Assembly: GCF_009914755.1 (NCBI RefSeq) | Contig: NC_060927.1 | Strand: one strand, 5' to 3' | From: the human T2T-CHM13v2.0 reference genome, Homo sapiens | DNA: 64,000 bases | In this document: piece by piece, positions 1 through 10,835 of the stretch | How the letters are laid out: every line of letters starts with the position of its first letter | Numbering within the stretch: position 1 is the stretch's first letter | Notes under the pieces: generated by a model | Told to the model about the DNA's origin: nothing | The model's input: the letters and a program-made list of their open reading frames with translations, nothing else | Databases searched by the model: none | Position numbers and translations under genes: made by a program

Positions 1-600
1 TTAGTTCTCTTTGTAGAGATCTTTTCCCTCCTTGGTAAAGTATATTCCTAAATATTTTATTTTTTAGTGTGTGGCTGTTGTAAAAGGTATTGAGTTCTTA
101 ATTTCTCAGCTTGGTCACTGTTGGTGTATAGCAGTGCTACTAATTTGTGTACATTGATTTTGTAACCTGAGACTTCACTAAATTCATTTATCAGACCTAG
201 GAATCATTTGGATGAGTCTCTAAGGTTTTTTAGGTAGACAATCATATCATCAGTGAACAGCGTTAGTTTGACTTTCTCTTTTCCAATTTGGATGCCTTTT
301 AGTCATTTCTCTTGCCTGATTGCTCTGGCTGGGATTTCCAGTACTGTGCTGAATAGAAGTGGTCAAAGGGGGCATCCTTACCCTGTTCCAGTTCTCACGG
401 GGAATGCTTTCAACTTTTCCCCATTCAGTATGATATTGGCTGTGGGTCTGTCATAAATGGTTTTGATTAATTTGTGGTAAGTCCCTTCTATGCTAGTTTA
501 TTAAGGGTTTTTTATCATAACGATATGTTAGATTTTATCAAATGCTTTATCTGTATCTATTGAAATGATCATAAAGTTTTGTTTCTAATCTGCTTAAGTC
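1..600 (-). mobile_element. L1 (L1PB-like) ORF2 fragment, antisense; continues past the left window edge
   Basis: Antisense L1 ORF2 motifs, e.g. TTGCCTGATTGCTCTGGCT and CCCATTCAGTATGATATTGGCTGTGGG. Confidence 0.9.
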
Positions 601-1666
601 ATCAAAAGCAATTGAAACAAAAGCAAAAATTGACAAATAGGATATAAACTAAAGAACTTTGGCACAGCAGAAGAAACTATCATAGAAGTGAACAGATAAT
701 CTGTAGAATGGGAGAAAATTTTTGCAACCTATCTATCTGACAAATGTCTAATATCCAAGGTGTACAAGGAACTTAAATAAATTTACAAGAAAAAACAACC
801 CCATTAAAAACTGGGCAAAGGACATGAACAGACATTTCTCAAAAGAAGACACTCATGCAGCCAACAAACACATAAAGACAAGCTCAACATTACTGATCAT
901 TAGAGAAATGCAGATCAAAACCACAATGAGATGCTATCTCGTGCTTGTCAGAATGGCGATTATTAAAAAGTTAAGAAACAACAGATGCTGGTAAGAATGT
1001 GGAGGAATAGGAACACTTTTACACTGTCGGTGGGAATGTAAATTAGTTCAACCATTGTGGAAGACAGTGTGGCAAATCCTCAAAGACCTAGAACCAGAAA
1101 TACCATTTGACCCAGCAATCCCATTGCTGGGTATATAACCCCCCAAATATAAGTCATTCTATTATAAAGATATATGCACATGTATGTTCATTGCAGCCGA
1201 TTCACAGTAGCAAAGACATGGAATCAATCCAAATACCTATCAATGATAGACTGGGTAAGGAAAATATGGTACATATGTACCATGAAATACTATGCAACCA
1301 TAAAAAGGAAAGAGATCATGTCCTTTGTAGGGATAGCCTTGGCATGGATGGAGCTGGAAGCCATTATCCTCAACAAACTAATTCAGGAATAGACAATCAA
1401 ACACTGCATGTTCTCACCCATAAGTGGGAGCTGAACAATGAGAACATATGGACACAGGGAGGGGAACAACACACACTGGGGTCTGTCATGGGGGCAGTGG
1501 GAGGGAGAGAATCAGGAAAAATAGCTAATGTCTTCTGAGCTTAATACTTAGGTGATGGGTTGATTGGGGCAGCAAACAACCGTGACACATGTTTAACTAT
1601 GTAACAAATCTGCACATCCTGCACATGTACCCTGGATTTTAAAATAAATTACAATTTAATGAAAAA
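601..1666 (+). mobile_element. 5'-truncated older L1PA (ORF2 C-terminus, 3'UTR, A-rich tail) nested in the L1PB
   Basis: CAAAACCACAATGAGAT and GACCCAGCAATCCCATTGCTGGGTATATA; ORF 1174-1392 gives L1 ORF2 C-terminal peptide (AKTWNQ..IWYI..MELEAIIL); L1PA-type 3'UTR ending TGCACATCCTGCACATGTACCC. Confidence 0.92.
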
Positions 1667-2397
1667 ACTATGTTCATGTGATGTATCACATTCATTTACT
1701 TGTGAGTGTTAAACCATTCCTACATCCCTGGTATGAAACCCACTTGATCATGGTGTATTATTTTTTCGATGTGCTGTTGAATTCAGTTGTCTAGCATTTT
1801 GTTGAAGATTTTCACATTTATGTTTATCATGGTTATTGGTTTGTAGTTTTCTTATTTTGTTATGTCCTTTCCTGGTTTTGGTATTAGAGTGATACTGGCT
1901 TCCTAGAATGATTTAGGGAAGATTCCCTCTTTCTCAATCTTTTGCGATAGTTTCAGTAGAATTGGCACCACTTCTTCTTTGAATGTGTGGTAGAATTCAG
2001 ATGTAAACTCTTAGCACTGCTTTTGCCCATATACCAGATGTTATAATTTGGGTCACTATTATCATTCATTTCAAAGAATTTTTAAATGTCCATCTTGATT
2101 TTATTGTCAACTCAAAAATCATTCAGGAGCAGATATTCAATTTCCATGTATTTGTATAGTTTTGAAGGTTCCTTTTGCAGTTGATTTCCAGTTTTATTCC
2201 ACTGTGGCCTGAGAAGACACTTGATATGATTTTGATTTTCTTAAATTATTGAGACTTGTGTTGTGGCCTATTATATGAACTATCCTGGAGAATGTTCTAT
2301 GTGCTGATGAGAAGATTTTATATTCTGCGGTTATTGGGTAGAATATTCTGTAAATATCTGTTAAGTCCATATGTTGTAGATTATAATTTAAGTCCAT
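1667..2397 (-). mobile_element. Continuation of antisense L1PB ORF2, with an internal deletion near 2005, ending in the endonuclease region
   Basis: Resumes where 1-600 stops (CATCCCTGGTATGAAACCCACTTGATCATGG); ORF 2194-2505 contains DLTDIYRIFYP..AEY..FSSAH.TFSRI.H of the L1 EN domain. Confidence 0.88.
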
Positions 2398-2569
2398 TGG
2401 ACTTGGTGGAAGAAGGTAGGAGGGGGGTGAGGGATAAAAGACTACATATCGGGTACAGTGTGCGCTGCTTTGGTGATGAGTGCACAAAAACCTAGAATTT
2501 ACCACTATAGAGTTTATTTATGTAACCAAAACCCACTTGTACCTCAAAAGCTATTGAAATTTAAAAAAA
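2395..2569 (+). mobile_element. L1PB 3' terminal segment with A tail
   Basis: GGGGGTGAGGGATAAAAGACTACATAT...CTATTGAAATTTAAAAAAA, typical L1PB 3' end. Confidence 0.85.
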
Positions 2570-2571
2570 CT

Positions 2572-2753
2572 ACAAACAGACATTTATTTCTCACAATTCT
2601 GGAAATTGGGAAGTCCAAGATCCAGGCAGATTTGGTATCTGGGGAAGGCCCATTTTCTGGTTCATAGATGGTGACTACTAGCTGTGTCCTTACATGGCAA
2701 AAGGGGTTAAAACTTTCTTGGGCTTATTTTGTAAGGGCACAGATCTCCTTCAC
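2572..2753 (-). mobile_element. MLT1A-like MaLR LTR fragment
   Basis: ATTTATTTCTCACAATTCTGG..GGGAAGTCCAAGATC..TGGTTCATAGATGG..TGTGTCCTTACATGG. Confidence 0.8.
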
Positions 2754-3965
2754 ACAGGGAAAAATCAAGGAGATAGGAAAGAAAAACAGATGAGAAAACT
2801 TCATTTTCAAATTGTTCTGTGGCCCAGATGTTGAACATATTCTACTGTTTTAGATAAATAACTTATTCTACAGCAGTAAATAATATATTAAATTGATTTT
2901 TTTCTTAGTAATAAGTTTTCTTCACTCTACCATTTTACTTTTCAATTTCTATTAGTTTTAGATATCATTTATTGCAATATCATTAGATTGAGATTTAGAT
3001 ATGAAGGCATGTTGTAACTCATAAAATATAATATGAAGGGTACAACATAGTACTTGGTACCGTGAATGTACCTGTTCAAATTTACCAATCCTCCTTTGCA
3101 TAGTTTCATGAAAGAAATGGTTTTGGCTAATAAAATTCAGGCAAACTTAGACTTTAAAAAATCAAAATGACATGTTAATCCTTATATTTATAAATATCCT
3201 GAAAGATACCTTAATAATATGTTTTTTAATAATACTTTAATAATAAAAATACATTAATAATAGGTACAGAATAAAGGATGCCATTTTTATCTTTAATACT
3301 AAAAGCTAACCTACATTTTTCTAGATATTAATATTAAATCATGCAGAGTAGGTATTTTGCTGTGTTTCAGCCCAATTCTTGACAGAAACTGCAAATTTCC
3401 TATAATCTAGAATTTCCATTATTTCTTTAGCTTAAACTATGCTGGAAAAATAAATAATTAAACAATCCGCAGGATAAACGAATGGGTCCACTTGAAAAAC
3501 CACAAAGTAGGGTGTCAATGTAACAAGATTATATCCAGAACACAGAGTGAGCTCTAGATAAATGACCATTTATCAACCCCTTAAAAATGGCCTCTTAAAG
3601 GAATGGACACCAAATTCCAAAAGCACTCCATTATTCAGGGCAATTTCTTAATTAAGGTGCCTAGAACCTTTAAACCACCGTGACAATAAGCTCTGCTTGG
3701 CTTCAGAGACCCGCTAATATTTGTTCAAAGAGATCTTTCTGTAGCCGTGTCATCTACTACTATGATTACTCTACTGATCCCGTGACTATAATGGCTGCTA
3801 CTACTGATGTCACAGTTCTCATTTGTTGAGCACTTACCCTATTCTAAGTTTTATATGTGTAGGCTTGAACCAAGCAGATGAGCCATTAACAGCAGCATCA
3901 CCTCTTAGGTAGAGTTGGTCACTCGCCATTGCAAGATGAAAATTGTGTACATTCTAAATCACCCT

Positions 3966-4200
3966 TGACAGCTAAGCTGTGGGTATGCAAAGGCATACAG
4001 AGTAGTATAATGGACATTGAAGACTCAGAAGTGGGGACGGTGAGATGGGGGGTGAGGGATAAAAAACTATATATTGGATAAAAAGCACACTATTCAGGTG
4101 ACAGGTACACTAAAATGTCAGACTTCACCACTATACCATCATCCATGTAACCAAAACAACTTGTACCCTAAAAGCATACATATATATAACAAACCAAAAA
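3966..4200 (+). mobile_element. L1PB4-like 3' end
   Basis: GCAAAGGCATACAGAGTAGTATAATGGACATTGAAGACTCAGAAG; flanking repeat TAAATCACCC at 3955-3964 and 4229-4238 (likely TSD). Confidence 0.85.
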
Positions 4201-5429
4201 GCCCATAAAATTATTCTTGAAATTTCTTTAAATCACCCATTTTTGGTAACATCTTTGTCTACTGACCCATTTCATTAAATAAATCAACAAAGCGAGTTTT
4301 CCCCTGCAGCATTGGAACAGATCACTCTTTAGTTACATGAGGTGGTAGGATAATTTGGAGGTGGGGACATGTGTACAAGTTGACTGTAAATATCATGTGG
4401 TCTCTATTTTTTTAAAAAAAAAACACGTAGTACTATTTAATAAGTAGTGAAATAAACTCAACCCTTTCTCTTCACAGTGGATTCTTTCTGTAAAACATAA
4501 ATTTTATTAGGAAGCAATTAGTTTATGTTTTAGGGAATTTGTTAAGCTTACATGTATATGTTTAAAAGTAAAGAGCACACACATCCCTATCATGCGAGGG
4601 CTGAAACAGCTGACTTTTTAGCTTACATCATGACTCAAGTCAAGATCTCAGGCATTAATTTGGATGGCTGGAGACCCTGAGATTTAAATCAGTGATTAAT
4701 GAGTCTTTAAATGGCTGGCTGCTTATGTGTAACTCCCAAGGTCGGTATTATCTTATTTATTTTTAAACACACTTCAACAAGACAGTATATCTTGCAGAGA
4801 GGCTGCGTAAAGAGAGAAATTACACTCATGGAACATTTAGAATATTGATTACCCATTCCCATCCCAGTGTTCTCATAATAATTACTTAGTGATGTTTTAA
4901 AAGGTATAAGATTATGTGTGCTTTATAGACAATAACTTTGGATACATTTCAGTCCACAAAGCACCTTTAAGTTCTGCTTTTCTTAAGACTAACGGGAGAA
5001 AAGCATTGAGTTCTGGCTATAAAATAAATACAAAATAATGTTCTCTGTTGTTGGAAAATTGTTAGTATTGCTTGTGTTTCTTGTTCATAGTCTGTTTTGA
5101 CCAAAGGCTTTCTTCAAGCCACCACATCTTTGAAGTATTCTCCTTTTGAATAATACTCAGAGCAACTGAGATTTATGGAGCAATTTTAACTTTTGCAAAC
5201 ATTTCTACAACAGTACCAAGTTTATCCTCCCTCCAGTCAAATATGCTTTTCCTTACTTTACTGATGCAAAACATGATTAAACAGGGATTTAGTGCCATAT
5301 TTAAGGTTTCCAGCTATCTATGATCTGTTAGGAACCAGAACCCAAATCTTCTAGTTTTTAATTCTGTGCTCCTTCAGTTAAGCTGAGCCATGACACTAAC
5401 TGGTTGAAAAGTTCACCTCCAAGTTTCTG

Positions 5430-6550
5430 AATTTGTCAGGAAAAATCTCCTGAGATATTCCTTGTTCAGTTCTGAACTCGTATCCAATAGCTTATTGGCA
5501 TCTCTATTTGGTGAATAAACATCTTACTCTTTTGTCATTGTTCCTTATAGCTTTTTAAAATACAGGCTTATTGAGATATAATTGACTCACTGCACATATT
5601 TAAATTTTCAAGCGGATGGATTGTAGTCTCTGTATGTATCCATGAAACCAACAGCATAATCGAGGTAATGAACATATCCGTACCTCCCCAAAATTTCCTG
5701 GTGGACTTTGTAATCTATCTCACATATCCGAAACGGAACTTTGTATTTTAAACTCTAAACATGTTTTTACCTTAGCTGTCCCTATTGTAGCAGACTGGAC
5801 TGTCATCCATCCTGTTGCTAAACCCAATGCCCTACTCCCCATACATGCTATCTATCAGCAAGTCCTAGATACTGAATCCATCTATATCTCTTCATCTTTC
5901 TGGCCACCTCCCTAGTCCAGGTCACCTGGTCTCTACAATGTGGCTTCATAACAGGTCTGTATGTTTCCATTCTTACTGGACATAATTTATTCTTAACATA
6001 GCACCTAAAGTTGTCTGTTAAAAATACAAATCCAGTTAAGTCACTCCCTTGCTCGAAAACCTCTCAACGGCTTTCAGCTGCCTCTGGAATACAATGCATT
6101 CTCCTCATCATGCCTTACCAGCTCAGCTGTCATCAGCTGCTACCAACCTCTCTGATTGCCATCTCCTTCCACTCTACTACTTCTTCCACTCCTCTACTCA
6201 CTACATGCCAACATCTCCTCCTTTCAGCTTCTAGAACAAGAAAAGCATATTCTTGCCACCATGTCTTTGTATCTGCTCTTGTCTCTGCCTGAAACATTGA
6301 TTATCCAGTTTTATGTAGGTTACCTCCTTCTCATCATTCTTTTCTCAGATCAAATGTCATCTCTTTGAAAGAGTCTTCTCAGACCTCACTATCTCTCCTC
6401 CCCATCTCCAAGTCATTCTCTATCCTACGTTTTAATAGCACTTCTAGTGTTTGGAATTGTTTGTTTCCATGGGTTTAATAACTGGCTCTTCCACTGGAAT
6501 ATAAACTTGAGAACTCTGATTCACTCTATTATTCTATATCTGAAACATTC
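5430..6550 (+). mobile_element. Degraded L2, interrupted by an antisense L1M 3' fragment (~5552-5715)
   Basis: Pyrimidine-rich L2 motifs (GCCACCTCCCTAGTCCAGG, TCACTCCCTTGCTCGAAAACCTCTCAACGGCTT); insert begins CTTATTGAGATATAATTGAC as an L1M antisense 3' end. Confidence 0.7.
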
Positions 6551-6554
6551 TAAC

Positions 6555-6690
6555 AGCATTTCACGCATTATCTTATTTCATCTTCATAACACATCTATGA
6601 GAAAGGACCATTATCATCATTGTTTTAAGTCAAGGAAACTGAGGCTCAGAAATTTTAAATAATTTGTTCAAGATCACACAGCAAAGAAAG
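6555..6690 (-). mobile_element. MIR SINE
   Basis: AAGGAAACTGAGGCTCAGA...AAGATCACACAGC core. Confidence 0.8.
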
Positions 6691-6934
6691 AGTGAACCCA
6701 AGTAGCCTCACTTTAACCTATCTGCATGCTGCTCAAACAAATGAATTTCTGTACTCTCTCTATTCTGTACTGACTCTATTAGACAATACTCATGACACCT
6801 GGATTGAAATCCCAACTGTGTATCTCTGGATAAGTGCTGAACTTAACCTCTCTAATTTGAATTCCTCATATGAAAAATAGGGATAATGCAGAAAATAACT
6901 CAGATGATAATCATGAAGTTAAATTAGTGCAGGT

Positions 6935-7124
6935 CGCTGGTTCTCAAAGGGTGGTCTCTGGACCAGCAGTATCAGCATGACTTGGGAAGTTATTTTTAAA
7001 ATGCAATTTTTTGACCCTACTGCACAACTACCAAATCAGACACTCTAGGGGTGGGGCTCAGCAATTTGTAGTTTAATCTGTCCTCCAGGTGATTTTGATG
7101 CACACTAAATGTGGAGAATTACTG
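6935..7124 (+). mobile_element. MER5A (hAT-Charlie), nested in a + strand MIR (~6798-7170)
   Basis: GGTTCTCAAAGGGTGGTC..GGACCAGCAGTATCAGCAT..CTCCAGGTGATTTTGATGCACACTAAA..GAGAATTACTG. Confidence 0.85.
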
Positions 7125-7199
7125 GTAAGTAAACCTTTTAGTTAGTGTCTGGCACAGAATAAGTGAACATAAAAAGGGCTAGTATTAACACAGCCAGGT

Positions 7200-7405
7200 A
7201 CAGTCCAACGATGTTCTCTTTAGCAGGACAACTTCTTATTAGGCCTGTCCCTCACATTTCAGCATGTTTAACATTCTTGGACTCTGGGCATTAAATATCA
7301 TTTGCAACTCCTTCAAATTTTGTGACTAAAATATGCTTTCCATGTGTACCAAAAGCTGCCTTTTGAGGGTGGGAGACTTAATACTATCTCCAGTTAAGAA
7401 CCATA
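7200..7405 (-). mobile_element. MER20-like hAT fossil
   Basis: Diverged match to the MER20-type antisense strand, ending CCAGTTAAGAACCA. Confidence 0.5.
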
Positions 7406-8755
7406 GCTCACTAATCAGAATGACTCTCCAATACGTTTTCTTGTTCAGGTTACAAACGGACTTCCGTCAAAGGGATACGTGGGTATGAATTGGAAGAATC
7501 TGAGTGGAAATGCAACACTGATATTTTGGATCTCCAGAATTTGCCTATAAGAAGAGTCATTTATTCAGGAGGTCCTGAATTTGCTTATAAGAAGAGTCAT
7601 TCTCTGCAGAGAATGCAAAAGATGAGTCAAGGGATGATTCTGCAATATAATTGGAGGATGTAAAGCAATTGCAAAAATAATTCTGTCTCATGGAATACTG
7701 AATGTCTCTAGGAAATACCAACCAATATTGGAGTTCTGAAAAAGTGATAATGAGCAGTATACTGTAGGGAACTAGGAAAGACTACTTGACAAAGATAGTA
7801 TTTGAGATCATAGATAAGTGCTTTGGGCCAAAAGAATTGTTACTTTCTCAGTTTAGTTGAAAGCAAATAATGATACTGTGCTCATTTTTATAGACAACAA
7901 TAGCACACATGTATGTGGATGAAAATGAGCGATACAGACTAATTATGAGTGAAAGAAATCCTTGCAGAACTAACAATCCAGTGTTGTCCAAAACAAACCA
8001 ATGGACAAAGTATTTGAAAATGCTAGTACCATCCTAACATCCCAATTGTTTTGAGCAAATTCTTATTGATAGAGATCTCTGGGCCTGCTTATCAACCAGT
8101 GAGTAACTCCAATAGTCAATAAACAAATGCTGCCTCCCTCATTAGGGATGGATATAGATGGAAATAGAATTTCAGAAGAGTTGACAGACAAGCCAAATAT
8201 TGTCAACTTTCAAATTTGTCATGTTGCCCCTAGTTCGAGCCTCACTGTCCAAATCCCAGAGAAAGAGATGGTGGGATGTGAGGAATGGAGATAATCTGTG
8301 TCTCTTTGGGATGTTTTGGGGTCTACTTAAGGCCAGCATGACAAACATGTATAGTGACAACCCTAATCAATTGTTCATGGCTGTCTGAAAGGGTTGGTGA
8401 GGCTACAGTGAGCAATAAAAAATTGCCATCAGTAATTGGCCATAATTACCTTGAAAAAGTGGTAACTTGTGATAGGCAACAGTTTCTATACAGTGGTAAA
8501 ACATGTCTTATACTGTTCCAGAGGGTATATGATTTAATCAACAGTACAATTGAAGCTGTATTGTATTGGGGCACTTAATATTAGAATTTTGCTAAAATAT
8601 TTGATTTCTATTTAGACACACAGATCTCTAAAAGATAGTTTTCTGTCTTGATTACATGTTCTTCACTTCATTCTGAATCAGATTGGAAATAATAAGTTGT
8701 GCTTTATATGCTTGGTAGCTCATTCATTCATTCACAAATTCAGCCAGTCAGCCAC

Positions 8756-9772
8756 TGTCCTAGTTATCTATTGCTGGGTAACACATGACTTCAAAATTTG
8801 GTGGATTGAAACAACAACAATTATGTCATTATCTCTTCCAGTTTCTGTGGGTCAGGAATCTTGGAAGGACTCAGCTAGGTGGCTCAGCTCAGGTTCCCTT
8901 TGTGGTTTCAAGTCATATGGTGGCTGGGAGAGTGTGGGGCTGAAGCAGCTGGGGGCTGGATGGGCAGCTTACTGTCTTCATGTAGTTCCTGGGCCTCTGC
9001 ACATGGGTTAATCTGGACTCCAAAGGTAAGATGTACCACCTTTTATGACCTAGCTTTTGAAGTTACGCAATACACGTTGAGCATCCCTAATTTGAAAATC
9101 TGAAATCCAACATGCTCCCAAGTCTGAAATTTTTTGACTGCTGACATGAAGCCACAAGTGGAGAATTTCACACTTGACCCCATGTGACAGGCTGCAAGTC
9201 ACAATGCAGGAGCATAACAAGCAGTTTATTCTGTGCTTCCAAGGGAACAAAGACCCTTGGAGCCCTCCTCAGCTGTGATGTACATTTGTTGCACATGTTC
9301 AGATTCTCCCATGCAAGCAACCAGACTGTCCACATAGGTGGTTGCTAGTGACATATTTACCTTCTGATGGCTCAGTGTATACAATCTTAGTTTCATGCAA
9401 AAAAATATTTAAAATATGATATGAAATACCTTCAGGCTATGTATATAAACTGTATATAAACCATAAATGAATTTTATGTTTAGGCTTGTGTCCCATCTCC
9501 AAGATATCTCATTATGTATATGAAAATATTCCACACTCCAAAAAAAACACTAAAAATCCAAAACACTTCTGTCCCAAGAATTTCAGAATAGGGATACTTA
9601 GCCTGTATCACTTCTACTACACACTACTGATTATAAGCTAGTTATAAGACTACCCACCCAGGTTGGAGAAGAAGGGAAGTAGTCTGCACCTCTTTATGGG
9701 GATGTGACTAGGGTTTTAGAAAACATATGGGATAGGAGATGATGTTGCTATCTTGGAAAAATATGATCAGCT
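8756..9772 (-). mobile_element. MLT1 (F/G/H-like) MaLR LTR, split by Tigger4
   Basis: TGTCCTAGTTATCTATTGCT..CAGTTTCTGTGGGTCAGGAAT..TTTTATGACCTAGC. Confidence 0.75.
9073..9605 (+). mobile_element. Tigger4 (Zombi)-derived non-autonomous DNA transposon
   Basis: TIRs CACGTTGAGCATCCCTAAT / ATAGGGATACTTAGCCTG; TA TSDs at 9071-72 and 9606-07. Confidence 0.85.
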
Positions 9773-10043
9773 GATTAGCCAGAGTCACAAACATTTGTTG
9801 GGAGCCTTTTATGTGCTAGGCTGCACATACTCTGGGAATACAGTGAAGAGGAGGGACAATGTCCTTGCTCCTGAGTGGCATATATTCTACTGAGGATGAG
9901 TGAGGAGATAAACAAGAGGTAAATACACAGGAAAGACAAGATTGAATTGTGGTAAGTGCTATGAAGAATGTTAAACAAAACAGAATAACTGGGGTTTGGA
10001 GAGCTTCTTTAGATAAGGTGGTCAGGACAGGTCTCTCTCTCTC

Positions 10044-10071
10044 TTTTTTTTTTTTTGCTTCAGTGTCTATT

Positions 10072-10114
<43 letters not shown>

Positions 10115-10835
10115 TTATACTTTAAGTTCTGGGGTACATGTGCAGAACATGCAGGTTTGTTATATAGGTATACATGTGCTATGTTGGTTTGCTGCACCCA
10201 TCAACTCGTCATTTACATTAGGTATTTCTCCTAATGCTATCCCTCTTCAAGGCCCCCACCCCATGATGGCCCTGGTATGTGATGTTAACTTCCCTGTGTC
10301 CATGTGTTCTCATTGTTCAACTCCCACTTATGAGAACACGTGGTGTTTGATTTTGTTCATGTGTTACTTTGCTGAGAATGATGGTTTCCAGTTTCATCCA
10401 TGTCCCTGCAAAGGACATGAACTCATCCGTTTTTATGGCTGCATAGTAGTCCATGGTGTATATGTGCAACATTTTCTTTATCTAGTCTATCATTGATAGG
10501 CATTTGGCTTGGTTCCAAGTCTTTGCTCTTGTGAACAGTGCTGCAATAAACATACATGTGCATGCGTCTTTATAGAATGATTTATAATTCTTTGGGTATA
10601 TACCTAGTAATGGGATTGCTGGGTCAAATGGTATTTCTAGTTCTAGATCCCTGAGGAGTTGCCACACTGTCTTCCACAATGATTGAACTAATTTACACTT
10701 CTACCAACAGTGTAAAATTGTTCCTATTTCTCCACATCCTCTCCAGCATCTGTTGTTTCCTGACTTTTTGATGATCGCCATTCTAACTGGTGTGAGATGG
10801 TATCTCATTGTGGTTTTGATTTGCATTTCTCTAAT
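10044..10835 (-). mobile_element. 5'-truncated L1PA (about PA6-8) with (TTTA)n tail
   Basis: TTATTATACTTTAAGTTCTGGGGTACATGTGCAGAAC; ORFs 10482-10679 and 10701-10916 are L1 ORF2 C-terminal peptides; TSD GGAYAGGTCWCT at 10025-10036 and 10836-10847. Confidence 0.95.

Noticed and set aside
7534-7601. Two 28-bp direct repeats as a possible CRISPR-like array
   Set aside because: Only two units with a 12-bp spacer, in a eukaryotic context with no cas genes; this is a local duplication.
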